Program-made: the position numbers and the translations under genes | In this document: positions 11,341-23,866 of the stretch, piece by piece | Layout: every line of letters starts with the position of its first letter | How positions within the stretch are numbered: the stretch's first letter is position 1 | Assembly (NCBI GenBank): GCA_001949185.1 | Contig: BDGG01000007.1 | Location: 445,401 to 509,400, forward strand | From: Ramazzottius varieornatus | Lineage: Eukaryota > Animalia > Tardigrada | DNA length: 64,000 nucleotides | Direction of reading: 5' to 3' | The notes under the pieces: generated by a model | Seen by the model: only the letters and a program-made list of their open reading frames with translations | Told to the model about the DNA's origin: nothing | The model's database searches: none

Positions 11341-13205
11341 CTACGAACGTGGCAAGAAGGAGATTTTATATGGCTTTGGTGTATTCACGATGCTCATGAC
11401 GGACACCTTTGTCGAGATAACTTCGCCTGGCGGAACACTGAAGTCAAAATTCTTAACCAACGTGACGAAGAAGAGAAACAGTTCCATTTTTGCGAGAGAT
11501 TCACCGAGGCAGAACCGCTTCCCTGTAGAGAGGAATACGAGGATAAGGAGTTGATACGGTCAGCGTGGCACAGTAGCTTACGTACCCAAGCCAAACGGCA
11601 TGAAGCCGTCGACTTTATGCAGGACCTGTCCGTCAGCGTCCAAGAAGCGCTCAGGCTTAAATCTCTGTGGCTCAGGAAAGTACCTCGGGTTTTCATGCAC
11701 AGCTGGAGTGATTGCCGCAACCGTTGACCCTTTTGGAATTATGTAACCGTTGAGCTCGAAATCAACAGTAGGGCTTCTTCCAACGATTGGCACCAAATTA
11801 CCCATGCGCTGTACTTCCAGAATGGTTCCCTGTGTGTACGGGAGACTGTCTGCCAACCGAATTCTGATATAAGTTAAAAGTACTGTACTTACGGTGAGTG
11901 TTGCGAATCGTACCTTTATCTTTCATGGTCGGCAAAGCTCTGTCTCCCAGTACTCCATCAATTTCCTTCTGCAATTTCATGAGGACCTCGCGGTTTTCAA
12001 GGAGGTAAATAATAGCCCATGACAAAGTTGTCGAGGTAGTTTCGGTTCCCGCACCGAACAGATTGACAATCGACAGCAACAACTGGCGGTCTACAGAATC
12101 GTCACAGCTGGTCGTTAGAGTTTCGGGACTCTTTCTGTACTTATTCTCAATTACCGGTAAATGTCGAATTCAAATTATTCTTTTGGTCGTGCTGCTGTTT
12201 TAGGTAAGCATCAATGTAGTCCGTCGGTTCATCGTTCCCTGGACGAAAATTCGACTTGTGCTCGTCCACCAGGCTTTGCATGAAGGCGACAAGTCTTTGG
12301 CTATTGCTTGTCCACTTCTCAAACAGATCGTGAAACCTTGTGAACGGAATCAGCCGCAAGAATGGGAAGTATTCGATCAAATTGGTCTTCGAGGTCAGAC
12401 GGATGTTGTCGCTGACCAGCGACGCCATCTGCCTAAAACGCTCATCGGTGTGACTAAACCGTTGTCCGTACGAGATAGCGCAGATAACGTTAGCGACACT
12501 CGGAGTGATAACATCCGTCGGGCTAACAGGCTTCCCGTCCCAAGCTCTGATGTCACTAAGCAGCTCTTGAGCCTCTTCCACGATAGTATCTTGTAGCCAG
12601 GTTTTTCCCATGCCGAAGTCGCGAAGGGTCGTCAGGGCGAACCTTCGATGTTCTTTGGCGAGCTCGGCATCCGTGAATACTAGTCCTGAAAAGATAACAA
12701 TCTCATTTGCCCTGCAGAACCGGTTTACTGCAGCGCGATGGAAACTGAGTTTATGGTGGTTCTATAGGACTTTTATAAGAATTAATGTACCTTGCCGGTT
12801 GAAGAAACTATCACGCAAGACGCTCCTTGGTCGAGCAGAAAACACATCGTCATTGAGGACGCGTTTGATGGTTTCATAGTCCGTAATAAAAATTGTACGT
12901 CTTGGTCCAAACTTCAGCGTCGCGACGCCGTGTACTCCATACTGCTTTACAAGCTCCGCCACATGACGCAGCTGGTCAATTCCAGCTCCGCGAATTTGCA
13001 TGAGATTGCCAAGTATCGGTACACCTGAATAAGTTTACTCATGAGAAACGTCCTTAAGTGCTTAGCTTCGAACCTATTGCGAAGACTGACGTGGAGGTCC
13101 CGGAGGTAAGAGTCCAAGCTCTTCGTCCCAACGTCGAATCCAAAGCCATAAAAGCGTCAGCAGAAGCCCACATCCTGCAGCAGTCCATGCCAGAAGATCT
13201 AACAT
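11341..13205 (-). CDS. Cytochrome P450, CYP2 clan, multi-exon
   Basis: N-terminal TM anchor followed by PPGPPRVPILGNL; I-helix AGTETT; ExxR (EVQR); PERF (FKPERF); heme motif FGLG|KRFCLG across an intron; stop at 11341. Confidence 0.93.
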
Positions 13206-13735
13206 GATACAAACGGGGAATCAAAATGATACACAATAATCCGTGAAGTCGCTGTAGTGAACAACTTTGTGGTGATTGACTCAAGACGTTCATTTATCTG
13301 ACGCCTGACTGAGACCAACTTTTTCACGAGGCACAGTATCAAACTCAGGAGGCTGTTTACAATCCATCTGTGATAGTGAAACAGCCTCAGAAGCAGTCAT
13401 AGGGTGTTCGCTCAGTTTCCTGTCCGCGTTTATCAGCAGATCCAAAGTCTGATTTGAGTACCGCTGTTTACAACCATGAGCACGGACTAGACTGTACAGT
13501 ACGTGCTTACTCCTTTCATCAGACGTACGAATGTCGGTCAACGTTGAACCATGCGATGTTGGTAGAAATTTATTGATAGTTATGCACAGTCAAGTAACTT
13601 ATTACAGACATCGGCGTAGTATCCATGGTCATAGTGGGCAGCAGTTTCGTCCATCTTTTTCGGCTTCGTGATCTGCAGACCGGATCTTGTGGAGCGTGTT
13701 TTCCATCCGTTGCCTGTAATTCATGAAGCCTTCCC

Positions 13736-14517
13736 GGCATGCTGTAAAAGCTGGACAAGACGCTGGACACGGACATTGGACAATATCTGGTTGGACTGCT
13801 GTATTGGATGATTGGGCTGGACAAACTGATTTGAAACCGCGTGAAAACGCGACGAAAGCACGAAAACAGTTTCTATATTCTCCGAACAAAAGCAAAAGTG
13901 ACACAGCAAAAGACCGGAATTCCGAAACTGCAATCCATCATAGTGTTAACAATTTATCACGCTAAAATACTCGTAGTGATCCAGTAAAACCGTAATGGAA
14001 TGAATCAGTTCGTCTGCGTCCATGATGCAGCTTCCAGTTTGGAAAACTTGATGCATAATCTGTACGCCTTGCAGCTTTTGAGAGGGCGGCAAATAAGACG
14101 TACAAAGCCGCTTTGCCAAGTGGCGCACGCTTGTGGACACGTTCGCTGCTCGAGAGGGCGATCTTCACGGTGGTTTGCCGGCCAAAGGCGCACAGATCAT
14201 GTATCAAGTTTTCCAAACTGGAAGCTGCATCGTGAACGCGGACGGATTGATTCATTTGATTAGGGTTTCCCTGGATCATTACGAGTACTGCGGTGTCATA
14301 AACTGTTAAAATTATAGATTGCGCTTTCAGAATCCCCGTCGTTTGCTGTGTCACCTTTGCTTTTTTCGGACAATGTAGGGAAAATGTTTTCGTGATTTCG
14401 TAGCGATTTTGCGCGGTTTCAAATCAGTTTGTCCAGTCCAATTGCCCAGTACAGCTGCCCAACCGGAAATTGTCCAATGTCCGTGTCCAGAGTCTTGTCG
14501 AGCTTTTACAACATGCC
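13736..14517. mobile_element. MULE-type foldback MITE with ~330-bp TIRs
   Basis: ggcatgctgtaaaagct... / ...agcttttacaacatgcc, long imperfect inverted arms, and a 9-bp degenerate TSD agccttccc / agctttcca. Confidence 0.8.
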
Positions 14518-15209
14518 AGCTTTCCACCTCGAAGACCATGTGTGCACTAAATCAAGCGCGCCCGTTGCCGACAACGAAACCATTACTCCGCTCTAGATTG
14601 ATATTCCACAAGCCGATCTCGACGATCTACAAGCACGACTGCGCAATACCCAGTTCCCGAGAACCCGAACGAAAGGACTTAATTTCACCTAGCTGGCTTC
14701 CACCCCGGCTACCTCAAAAAGGTATCTGATTTCTGAATGAATGACATCAACTGGGAGAAACAGGAAAAAATGCTGAACGAAAACTCGCACTTTAAGACGG
14801 GAAATAGGACTGGACATTCACTCCCTTCACCGTCGATATCGCCTTGCGCATATCAAGACAAGGCCGACGGTAAATGAAGTAAAGACGTACCCGCTGATGA
14901 TGTTGCATGGATGGCCAGGAAGCTTCTTCGGTCTGTACAAGTTGATATCATTTCTGAGGGAACCCAGAGATTTCAACGGTGTGACTGACGCTCCGGATCT
15001 TATCGCACCATCATAGCCCAGCTTTGGGATATTCCCGAGACGGCAGGTACCTATGCGTGTTCCAGTTCTGGCTGCACGTTCAACACAAATAATTCTATCT
15101 AGGGGCCGTAGGACCGACAGGTGCTTTTCTTCCGCCGTAAGCTTGGACCCGTCTCATATGGGCCGAATACTGGATGAGCCGATGCGCCGATGACGTATGC
15201 CTAATATTA

Positions 15210-15708
15210 GGGTTTCGGCGGCCCAATTTCAATACCAACGCTCGCCAGTCTAATTGTTGAGGAAACGAGTTTGAAGTTTTGGGACCCCAAGGGCAAAGTT
15301 GAACTGCTGATGCACTCTGGGGTGACAGACATCGAGGAACACAATGCTGAATTCTGTTTAGCCGTCTGAGTACTGGTCAGATGACTTCGTCCGAAGAGGC
15401 TGAAGTGATTCGAAGTTTCGACTGGCCAAGTTTTGACGTCCGACCAAGTTTTGACGTCTTTCAACCCGAATGGGCATCTGCATCTGGTCTGACAATAAGC
15501 CCCATGTGGGGTGCTTCAGCTACTATCCACCCCTGGATTTTTCGACAGAATCTTCTTGAAAGGGCGAAAAGTTTTGTGGAACTTCTATCCGTGACGAAGA
15601 GTGGCGGCTCCACGACTCGATGCCCTTGAGTACTTTAAACAATCTGATGTCAAAAAAGTGTACTTCGGAAGCAAAAAAGTTCTTGTCAAAATTGGGCCGC
15701 CGAAATCC
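15210..15708. mobile_element. MITE-like element with ~20-bp TIR
   Basis: gggtttcggcggcccaattt at the left and aaattgggccgccgaaatcc at the right; the same terminus also occurs at ~4475. Confidence 0.6.
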
Positions 15709-18700
15709 ATTTTATTTTCGGAAGTGACTGGGGAGCCACCATCACTCGCTTTATGACACTGGTGTATCCAGAACGGTATGCTCTTGCTTTCAGTATATTG
15801 TGAACTGGAACTAGTTGGTTATGCCAAAGACGGTAATAAATTTACCAGGTGTTTCTCATAAGTTGCAACGATTTTGAACTTGAATAAACAAATGAGCAGT
15901 TCTTTCACTTCTTCGAGAATCCGCTCCTTGGTGGCCAAAATGGCCAGATGATGACAAGATGGGGTTGATCAACCGAGTCGATTGCTATGCAAGTAGACCG
16001 CTATTTCGAAAAAGGTCCGCAACGGTAGCGATCGTATAATTCTCTCGAGTATCGCCAGTTCAGGTGCATAGTTCTCTTCAATCGCAAAGTTGGCGCTTTT
16101 ATTACTTCGGGTCGAATTTTGCATATTTACACCCATTAAGTAGCTCAATTTAGTTTCGGATAAGATCAGTGACGTGACACCAATGGATACCCAAATTCAT
16201 CAAGATTCCAACAGTTGGGGTCATCTTATGAGTCCGACCTCCCAACAACTCAACCGTGTTTCCGGCCCGGCTGCTGCTGCGGCCGTCCACAAGTTCACAC
16301 GCTATAATTAGACCTAATTTTTCTGTATCATATTGGAAATTTGTTCTGTCCCTGGGTCTTGGCGACAGCCTCTAACCTTTGAACCTGGGAAACGAAGAAA
16401 TGAGTGAAAGTATCCCCCCGAGCTGCATTAATAGTTCGAGCATAGTTGCAGGCGCGTTCGAAAAGTTCTGGCTCGCTGCACCAGGAGCTTCCTGAAAGAT
16501 ATGCAACACCCGCAGGATGTCATCGTCCGGGAATACAGAGTGCTTGAAGACTGTTTCCTCGCTATGAAAGAAATGTAAAATCGCTTTACGCTAAAAAATC
16601 AGCCACAACCTTTGGCCGACTTCAATTCTAAGGTGGCTCCAGTTCTGCATTCTCATTTCCAGACAGGCCACAATTCTGAAAACTGAAGTTTGGCTTGACT
16701 TGATTGCTGTCTTGAGTGTGGTATCTTGAAAATCCCAACGCAGTTGAAAACTACCTTAGATAATCTGTACTACTCGGATTCCGCTTCGGCTAAAGCTGAA
16801 GGTCAAGAAAGTAACCTCATCTGTTGAACGATTGATTGTCTGAAAATTATGGCTCTAACAGTTTACATCATGTGTCTGAGAGGCAGTTGCGGTATGAGGA
16901 CATGCGCGTGCTCAGTATAAATGCAACGCTTGCATGGTCCGTCCTGAATTTATCTGTCATTTGCTAACCCGCAAACTTCAACTTCCTATTCCGTCATGGC
17001 TTTCGAGCTCGGCAACTGCTTCAGTGCTGTCCGCGTGCATCATCCTCGCTCGGTCGGGCTTAGTCGAATCAAAATCTTCGTCAGAGAAAGCACTACCTAT
17101 GCTTCCGTTCTGACTCTCGATAAGGAAGAAGAAATTAAGGACTTCACCCAGTTTACGCATCGATACGACCTTTTGTGGCCTGCAGGAATTCTCCATTCCA
17201 CCAATCGTGTTCCTTTCGGCACTTTATCCACAATTATGACAACGACACTTTCGATGTGGAAGCTGTAACTTCCAGCTTCTTATCAGTTTACGCGACGTCG
17301 ATTAAAGACTATTTTCTCTGTTTTGGGGGCGTACCCCAACCACGATGACTTTTTAGAAATCCAAGCCTACATTCGGACATTGACCAGTTCGATACTGATT
17401 AGTCGGGGGCGGGGGGGGGGAGGGGGGATTTTATGACGAAGACGTGTCCTTTCTAGCTATGTTTAAAGATGAGACTGCTAGAATTGTTGCTGAACAAAAA
17501 CTCTAGGCTGTCAAATAACGTTTGTTATCTCGATCACGGTTTCAGTAACGCTAGAATGTCGGATAAAATAGCGATCAACCTCCCGCTAGCTGAGCATCAC
17601 CCCGCTCGTACGGTGGTTTGTATTTCTGGACGCTGCAATGAGCTGACCTGGCCATGGGTACTTCCTGTCTTAGTCCACAAACCGTTTCAAGATATCGTTG
17701 ACGGTCAACGTCAGTTTGAACAGTATTCGGTCTTACGCAATGGCCTGGTTCGCGATGTCATCATGCTAAGTCTGAACTATTGCCGTTTTCACCAAGTCGG
17801 TCGTCCACCTGGTCGCCAGAATGGCCGAAAACTCTATATTAAATAGCGGTCTCCTACTTTTGCGACATGGATATGATTTTCAGGGTCCGTTCACCGAATT
17901 CTCCATCCAGAAAGTTGTGGATATGATGAACGATGTTAACCGTTATGCGTATCCCGCTTCACAACCTACTGATCCTTACGGTACGGCTGTCGATCCAGAA
18001 CCAGTAGGGTCATGGCATCAAACCGTACCGGAATTCGAGCTCGAGGCAATGGACCGTCTCAATACCGCTTTCCAGGGTCTTCCAAGTGTCGAAGAGCTCA
18101 CATCGGCCCTCCACCTCAACACCTTGACTTGTTACGCTATGCAGTAACCGTATAAAATAGCTGCCACCAGTAATATAGTAAGATCTCCAGAGTCTCTGAT
18201 TGGTTCACAAGCGTACGATGAGTGTGCGCGTCGCCCATGGAAAAAAGGCCCCTTTGGCTTCTACCGCAACCCCACAATAACGACGTTTGCCGCTTCCAGG
18301 GTGTAATTCAGGCAGGAAACAATATGGGACCAGATGATGCCACATTGATCCACTTTTAAATACGCACTGAAAGCTAAAGGTGGATCGCAGCGTAAGGATG
18401 AGGTGGTTTAATGTGGGACGATCCCATATTGGTGCCGCAATGCAGTCTACGGCGGTCCGGCGATGAGACAGCATCAAAGAACTTCTGAGTAAGGTACCCA
18501 TGGCTAACGCGAAAACCTATCTGGTGGAGCTCTTGTTCCATACCCCGATCACTTTCGAACCTGTTTCTTAAACGCACATTACTCATGTTCACATCCATAA
18601 CGATAGACTAATGATTTCCTGCGTAAAGGCCTTTCAGTTGCAGAGGTGGAACGGCTCTGGTCCACATGGTCCAACCCGTTCAGGATTCGGGGTATAACTA

Positions 18701-19779
18701 CAGTAATACCGTTAGCTTGACCGCACTGTTTCTATTGCTGCCGTGCTATTGTCTGCCTATTGTTATAAACCGCCGAAACATGACTGCGCACTATTAAAAC
18801 TGAGGATCGATCAAACAGACCACAAGCCTGCAACAATAACAAATTTGATAATAACAGAAGATGGACAAAAAATAGACCGATCAAGGAACCGACAAAAAAA
18901 TTCCGACAAGGGGGGGGGGGGATTTACCACAAGTAGACCTAAGGTCTCAGTCGAGAATAAACTAAGTGAAAATGACCGACAAGATCCGACTTGAGCGTAA
19001 GTTGAACAACAAGAGAAGCTGGGTACTTCAAATTAATTTAGAACAAGTCAAGAATTTTAAAACAAGACAGAGCTTCAAATGGCTCAGAAAGAGCTATAAG
19101 AAGAATTGAAACGCTTGAAAAACAATCGACTGAAACTGCCGGCTCTTTACAGGAACTACGCTTTCTTATCATCGTCGCTGCTGTCATGGAGAGACAGAAT
19201 GCGCTGCCGGTCTTCGGCAGTTTGACGGTGCGACCGTCGGCGTTCAGCTTCAAGATTTTGTTGACCCTCGCCATCTGTCCCTTGTCACCCGCCTTGGCCA
19301 CGAACTTTGACTTTCGTTTCCGTTTGCGTGAACCTCCTTCCTCTGGCTCACCAATGTCCGATTCGGTCTCGCTAGATTCCAGGAAGGATGATCCGGCGTA
19401 TTGGATCGGGTACTGGATCAGCATGATGCGTTCGTTTGTAGTATTGATTAGCTTGTACTGGTTTCTTGTTTCTCGTCGCATCAGCTCAGTCATGTATTCA
19501 TTCATGGCATTTAGGAACAGGATCTTGTCAAGCTCGCAAGACGCTATCTTGAATTCTTTCTCGAGAAAAATCGGAAATAAAGAATGGTAAGTCTCGTCAG
19601 ACGGTTCGAACCAGTGGCACAATCTTGCCAGCTTGCTGCTGGTATACGAGGTGGTAGTCGTGAATATTTCGCTTGTTGCGCGCAGCGGGAACTTTCATCG
19701 CTGTCGGCTGAAGCGCCGACAGCGATGAACGTTCCCGCTGCGCGGGACAAGCTAACTCTTCAAATGGCTTGGGACTGTG

Positions 19780-20212
19780 GGTCTAATGTGGGAGCCTGTA
19801 GTCAGACCATACCATGTTATTCAACGTGGGATACAGGATGTCATGTACGAGAGGTGGCAGCACTGTATACTGGGTCCACCGTTGTTGTTCATGAGGGAGA
19901 TTAGGCTGCGGATCTCAAAAAAATTCCAATGTGGGATTCGTGACGTAGTGAAATGGACGTGGTCAATTAGGAATAGGATTAACAGGGTTGCAGTGGGGGA
20001 TCTGGTGAGGCTGGGAGTACTTTGGAAATTAATATGGGAACTCTGACATCATCAAATCGGGTCATTGAAAGCAATGTGGGATTTACAGCGCAACAATAGG
20101 AGTTGAAATCAATATGGGATAAGACTGGAAAGGAAACATGCGGAAGAAATTCAATATGGGATGTCAAAGTGACTTATGTGGTCGCAAGGTGGCGGGAAAT
20201 CAATGTGGGATC
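19780..20212 (+). repeat. Degenerate minisatellite-like array of aa(t/c)RTGGGA motifs
   Basis: About 8 occurrences of aatgtggga / aatatggga / aacgtggga, several spaced ~40 bp apart. Confidence 0.45.
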
Positions 20213-21432
20213 GCTGGACGGCATGCCGCGTCCACATTGACGTCAACGCTACTGCCACTGTATCCAGCTCCGACTTTTCCATGGGCGATCCCTCCCATCA
20301 CCTGTAAGGAGGTGCGTCACAATCTTACGGAAGATCTTACGGAAGAGCGGGACAAGTAAATACTTAGCATGCGTATACCCATCCGTGCGCCTGAACGAGT
20401 GGGCTGGTAACTTTCCAAATCTGTCCAATCAGCGTTCAGACCGTTGTTCGACTTTTTAGATGTTACTGTTGTATTAACCTGGACAGCTATACTGGACTCA
20501 CTCTGGAGCAACATAGCGCGCATGTGATGATGCGATCGTTCGATCATTGCGCAAGACGACCTTTTGGAAAGCTAACTTTGTGCTTAGTTGATTTTAAGTT
20601 GGTCGAGGTATCAGCTGTAGCATCATTCACTCTCGAAAGTACACCGATGCGAAATGCAAAATGGCATTATAGGTCGACAGAAGGTTTTTGCTAGAAATTT
20701 AGAGGATAGCAACTAGTCGTAAGCCGTATTCAGTCTAGCGGTATTTTAATCTGGACTGTGGCAGGGTAGCAATCTGTCGGAGCCAAATGCCGCCTCTTTG
20801 ATTCGCTGCATAGTTGAAAGCGACTGCGACGTACTTTTAAGAGTTAAATATCAACATTCACATCACAAACACTCCGCCTGAATATTTTTTATACAACGAA
20901 ACCTGTGTGCCGGTTTACATGCAAGAACGCTGAGCAGTGTAATCAAAGGATTTTCAATCATGGCGGTAATTGGGCCGACAAACACCTACAAAATGGTCAT
21001 CCTTACGGCGACTGCATCAGTCCCCGGTCGACCGGCATTCAAGCAACTGTGTCCCGACCAGATCACAAAGAGCGCTATGAAAACCATTATGAAAACATCT
21101 ACGCTCCCCCTGTCCGTAAGTGACTCCAACGCTACTACCATGCAAGGTGTCAGATGGAAAATTGGATCTGCGTATGACGGACCTGCGGACGCTAATGCCC
21201 GACAAAGCGTTGATGGAAATTCCAGCTATTCGCTTGCCCTCAACGATGACACAGGAAAAGCTCTTCCTCTACTGTAGACAAAGATGAGTCAGTTATTGGC
21301 GAGGAGTCTTCTACGATCACTACACGTTTGTGGGCGTCTGCGCTTGCTTGCATGTAGTTGATTCTGAGCCCAGCTATTACGTAAAACCATTGGTCTCAAA
21401 ATGACGTATGTCGAACTTGAAAGGCCCCTCGT

Positions 21433-21800
21433 AAGCCCGGGCTGTCAGAGTTCTGATATAATCTTAATATAATATGCCCCGACCGCAGAGCATCTAATAC
21501 AATTTTAATATATTAACTTGCTTCGCTGGGTTCTCATTATAATATATAATAATATTTCAGCCATTTTTAGATCCATATGTCAACGGGAAAAGAGAACTTT
21601 CTTCCTTAACAATTTCGCCAGTAAAACAGTTTTACTCAGATCCAGCAATAAACAGGTCATGAACTGTCAGTTAAGAGTTCTACCAAGGAACCGTCCAAAA
21701 ATAACAGCAGTTCTAACGGCTGTTGTCTCTTCTGCGTGATGCTCGGGGAAGTCCCTTTTTTCAAGCCGTGCTGGCATCCTTGAGATGACAGTCATCCCAA
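21433..21800 (+). repeat. Dispersed repeat, copy 2
   Basis: Direct diverged copy of 9082-9460. Confidence 0.75.
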
Positions 21801-23866
21801 ACGCATTGCAGGATCGCGCTGCATTGGCTTTTTTACAGCGTGAATGGCGGGTATGCAAATGGGTCCCCGAAACCGCAGTCCTACATTCACCAATCAAATC
21901 AACTACTTCAATCAAGTCACCACATTCGACCATTCGTCAGTGTAACGCACGCGCAGGTGCTTGGTGCGTAAGGTCTACTGGCATACAGCACACTGCGCAC
22001 AGTTTCACGCTTGTTACGGACGCAAATCAAGCATTACTTTAATCAACTGAAGCCAAATCCGCATTTCAATGATTTTAATTTGGAGCGCCCTGCGGCTTGA
22101 TTTTCATATGATAATTCTAGCTCTGGCTCCCATCTAATTTGATACTAATAAATACTCCACCTCGGCCGAGGCATCTAATAAATGTTAATATGATATATTA
22201 GATGCACAAAGCAGATGCACAAAGCATCTAATAAGTACTAATTTGATATGATACTAATATATGCCAACATCACTATTTTTAACTGTCGGATTAACTCCAG
22301 ATTTTGCGTTTGCCCTGCTTACGAGAAGGCTATACTTGACATTACGTGAAAGATCCTGCAACTACCGGACATTCATGACGATATGTGTGCTCTTCTACCA
22401 TACGTGCTTAGGAAGCCTGATACTCCCTATTGTCAAGAGCCGCGACGAGTACCTGAAACCGATGGAGAAAATGCAAGAAGCTCACGTCAACGATCCCAAT
22501 GTTACTCGCGTACTCCTCAACATTGCAAACTTGTATGCGACTACCATGTTTGTAAGTGATACCTCAACGAAAAGGGTTTGCGAGACCTGCTAACATAGTC
22601 CGGGGCTTCTAGCTCTTCTGTCAAATATTTGAAGACAAACTAATGGTTCAAATGCTGAACAGTTTTGGCACCATTCATAACTCCATATTCTGTCAGAATA
22701 TGTGTCGCGTCGCGCGCCCAAATATTTTTTGCCTAATCACACTCCTACAGATGTACCGTACAACCTGCTTGACAGGTGTTTCAACAGCTGCATCCACTAC
22801 TTGGTGTAGTTAGCCGAGCACAACTTCAAACGTTCTTCAGAGAAGATCTGGTACAGGCTGCGCCGGTTGCAGTAAGAGCCTCTCGTTCAGGAAAACCCGA
22901 CAAACAAATACGAGAGTGTGATGGATCTCCGCAGCTTTATGGAAGTGTTACTAAACCTACGCCGACGTCATGAGATAAGAGGGCCATTTCCTTGGGCCAT
23001 TTTCTTTTCGTACCGGTTTCTTTCCTTCCCCTTCCTACAGGCCCGTCGGCTTTAAGCTACAGGACAACCACTAGACCCAAGTATCAACTAGAACTACTTC
23101 GCGGCATACGGTTCGGGCGTTGTGTTTTGGATGTGGAACTGCGGTGGCATAGTTACTTTGATCTGGAATGCTCCAGCGCGGTAAGACGCAGACCTGGCTG
23201 CTGAGTCTGTCTGGCAAACAGGTTTCCTGAGCTCGATTTTCGCCTGGAGAACTTTCATAACCACCATGTCGCTACCCTAAGATATGCTATAAAACGTGCA
23301 CACTTGAGGCCGAACCCGGTAACTCGAAGCTATGGGTCTTCTGTTGCCCATGTTTGGAGTCGCCGATTTTGCGTTGTAGACCTGGAGCTGTAAATGAGGA
23401 CAGAAAAACACTCAGTATTTCGTTTACTATATCTGCATATACGGGTAGGTATCATCACCGAATCGTAAATACACCCTTTCTGTCGCCTCTCCCTCAGAAG
23501 GGTTGAAAAACACCTACTCCAACCGTAATTGGTGGGACATCATCGTATATCGACGATCCTACCTCATAGTTAATCCCGCACTAGCTAATGGAGAAAATCG
23601 CACTTCAAGCCCTATCCATTCAGGAATTTAGTTATTGGTATAGTCAGGGACAACAGAAATCATTGTGCGTGAGTTGTGATTTGGTGATTAAATGACTGTT
23701 TTTGCAATTAGTAGACGACGGCGCTCCAGAGTCGATAAGAAGGTAGCCGAGAATCAGTGGTTTTCTTGTCGTAGGAGAACAGTATAAAACTGACCCCATT
23801 TTACAAGCGGCGTGGTGGCGTCTGACATTCTGCTTTTCCAGCTCCTGTGTTTGTCTGCAGTTTTCG

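Noticed and set aside
16978-18600. Several 70-125 aa ORFs
   Set aside because: No homology recognised and no consistent splice model.
19780-20212. Possible CRISPR-like repeat-spacer array
   Set aside because: The repeat core is only ~9 bp, spacing is irregular, the context is eukaryotic and there are no cas genes.
20960-22973. ORFs 20960-21277 and 22261-22593 plus possible exon fragments
   Set aside because: Could not be joined into a supported gene; in-frame stops are present.
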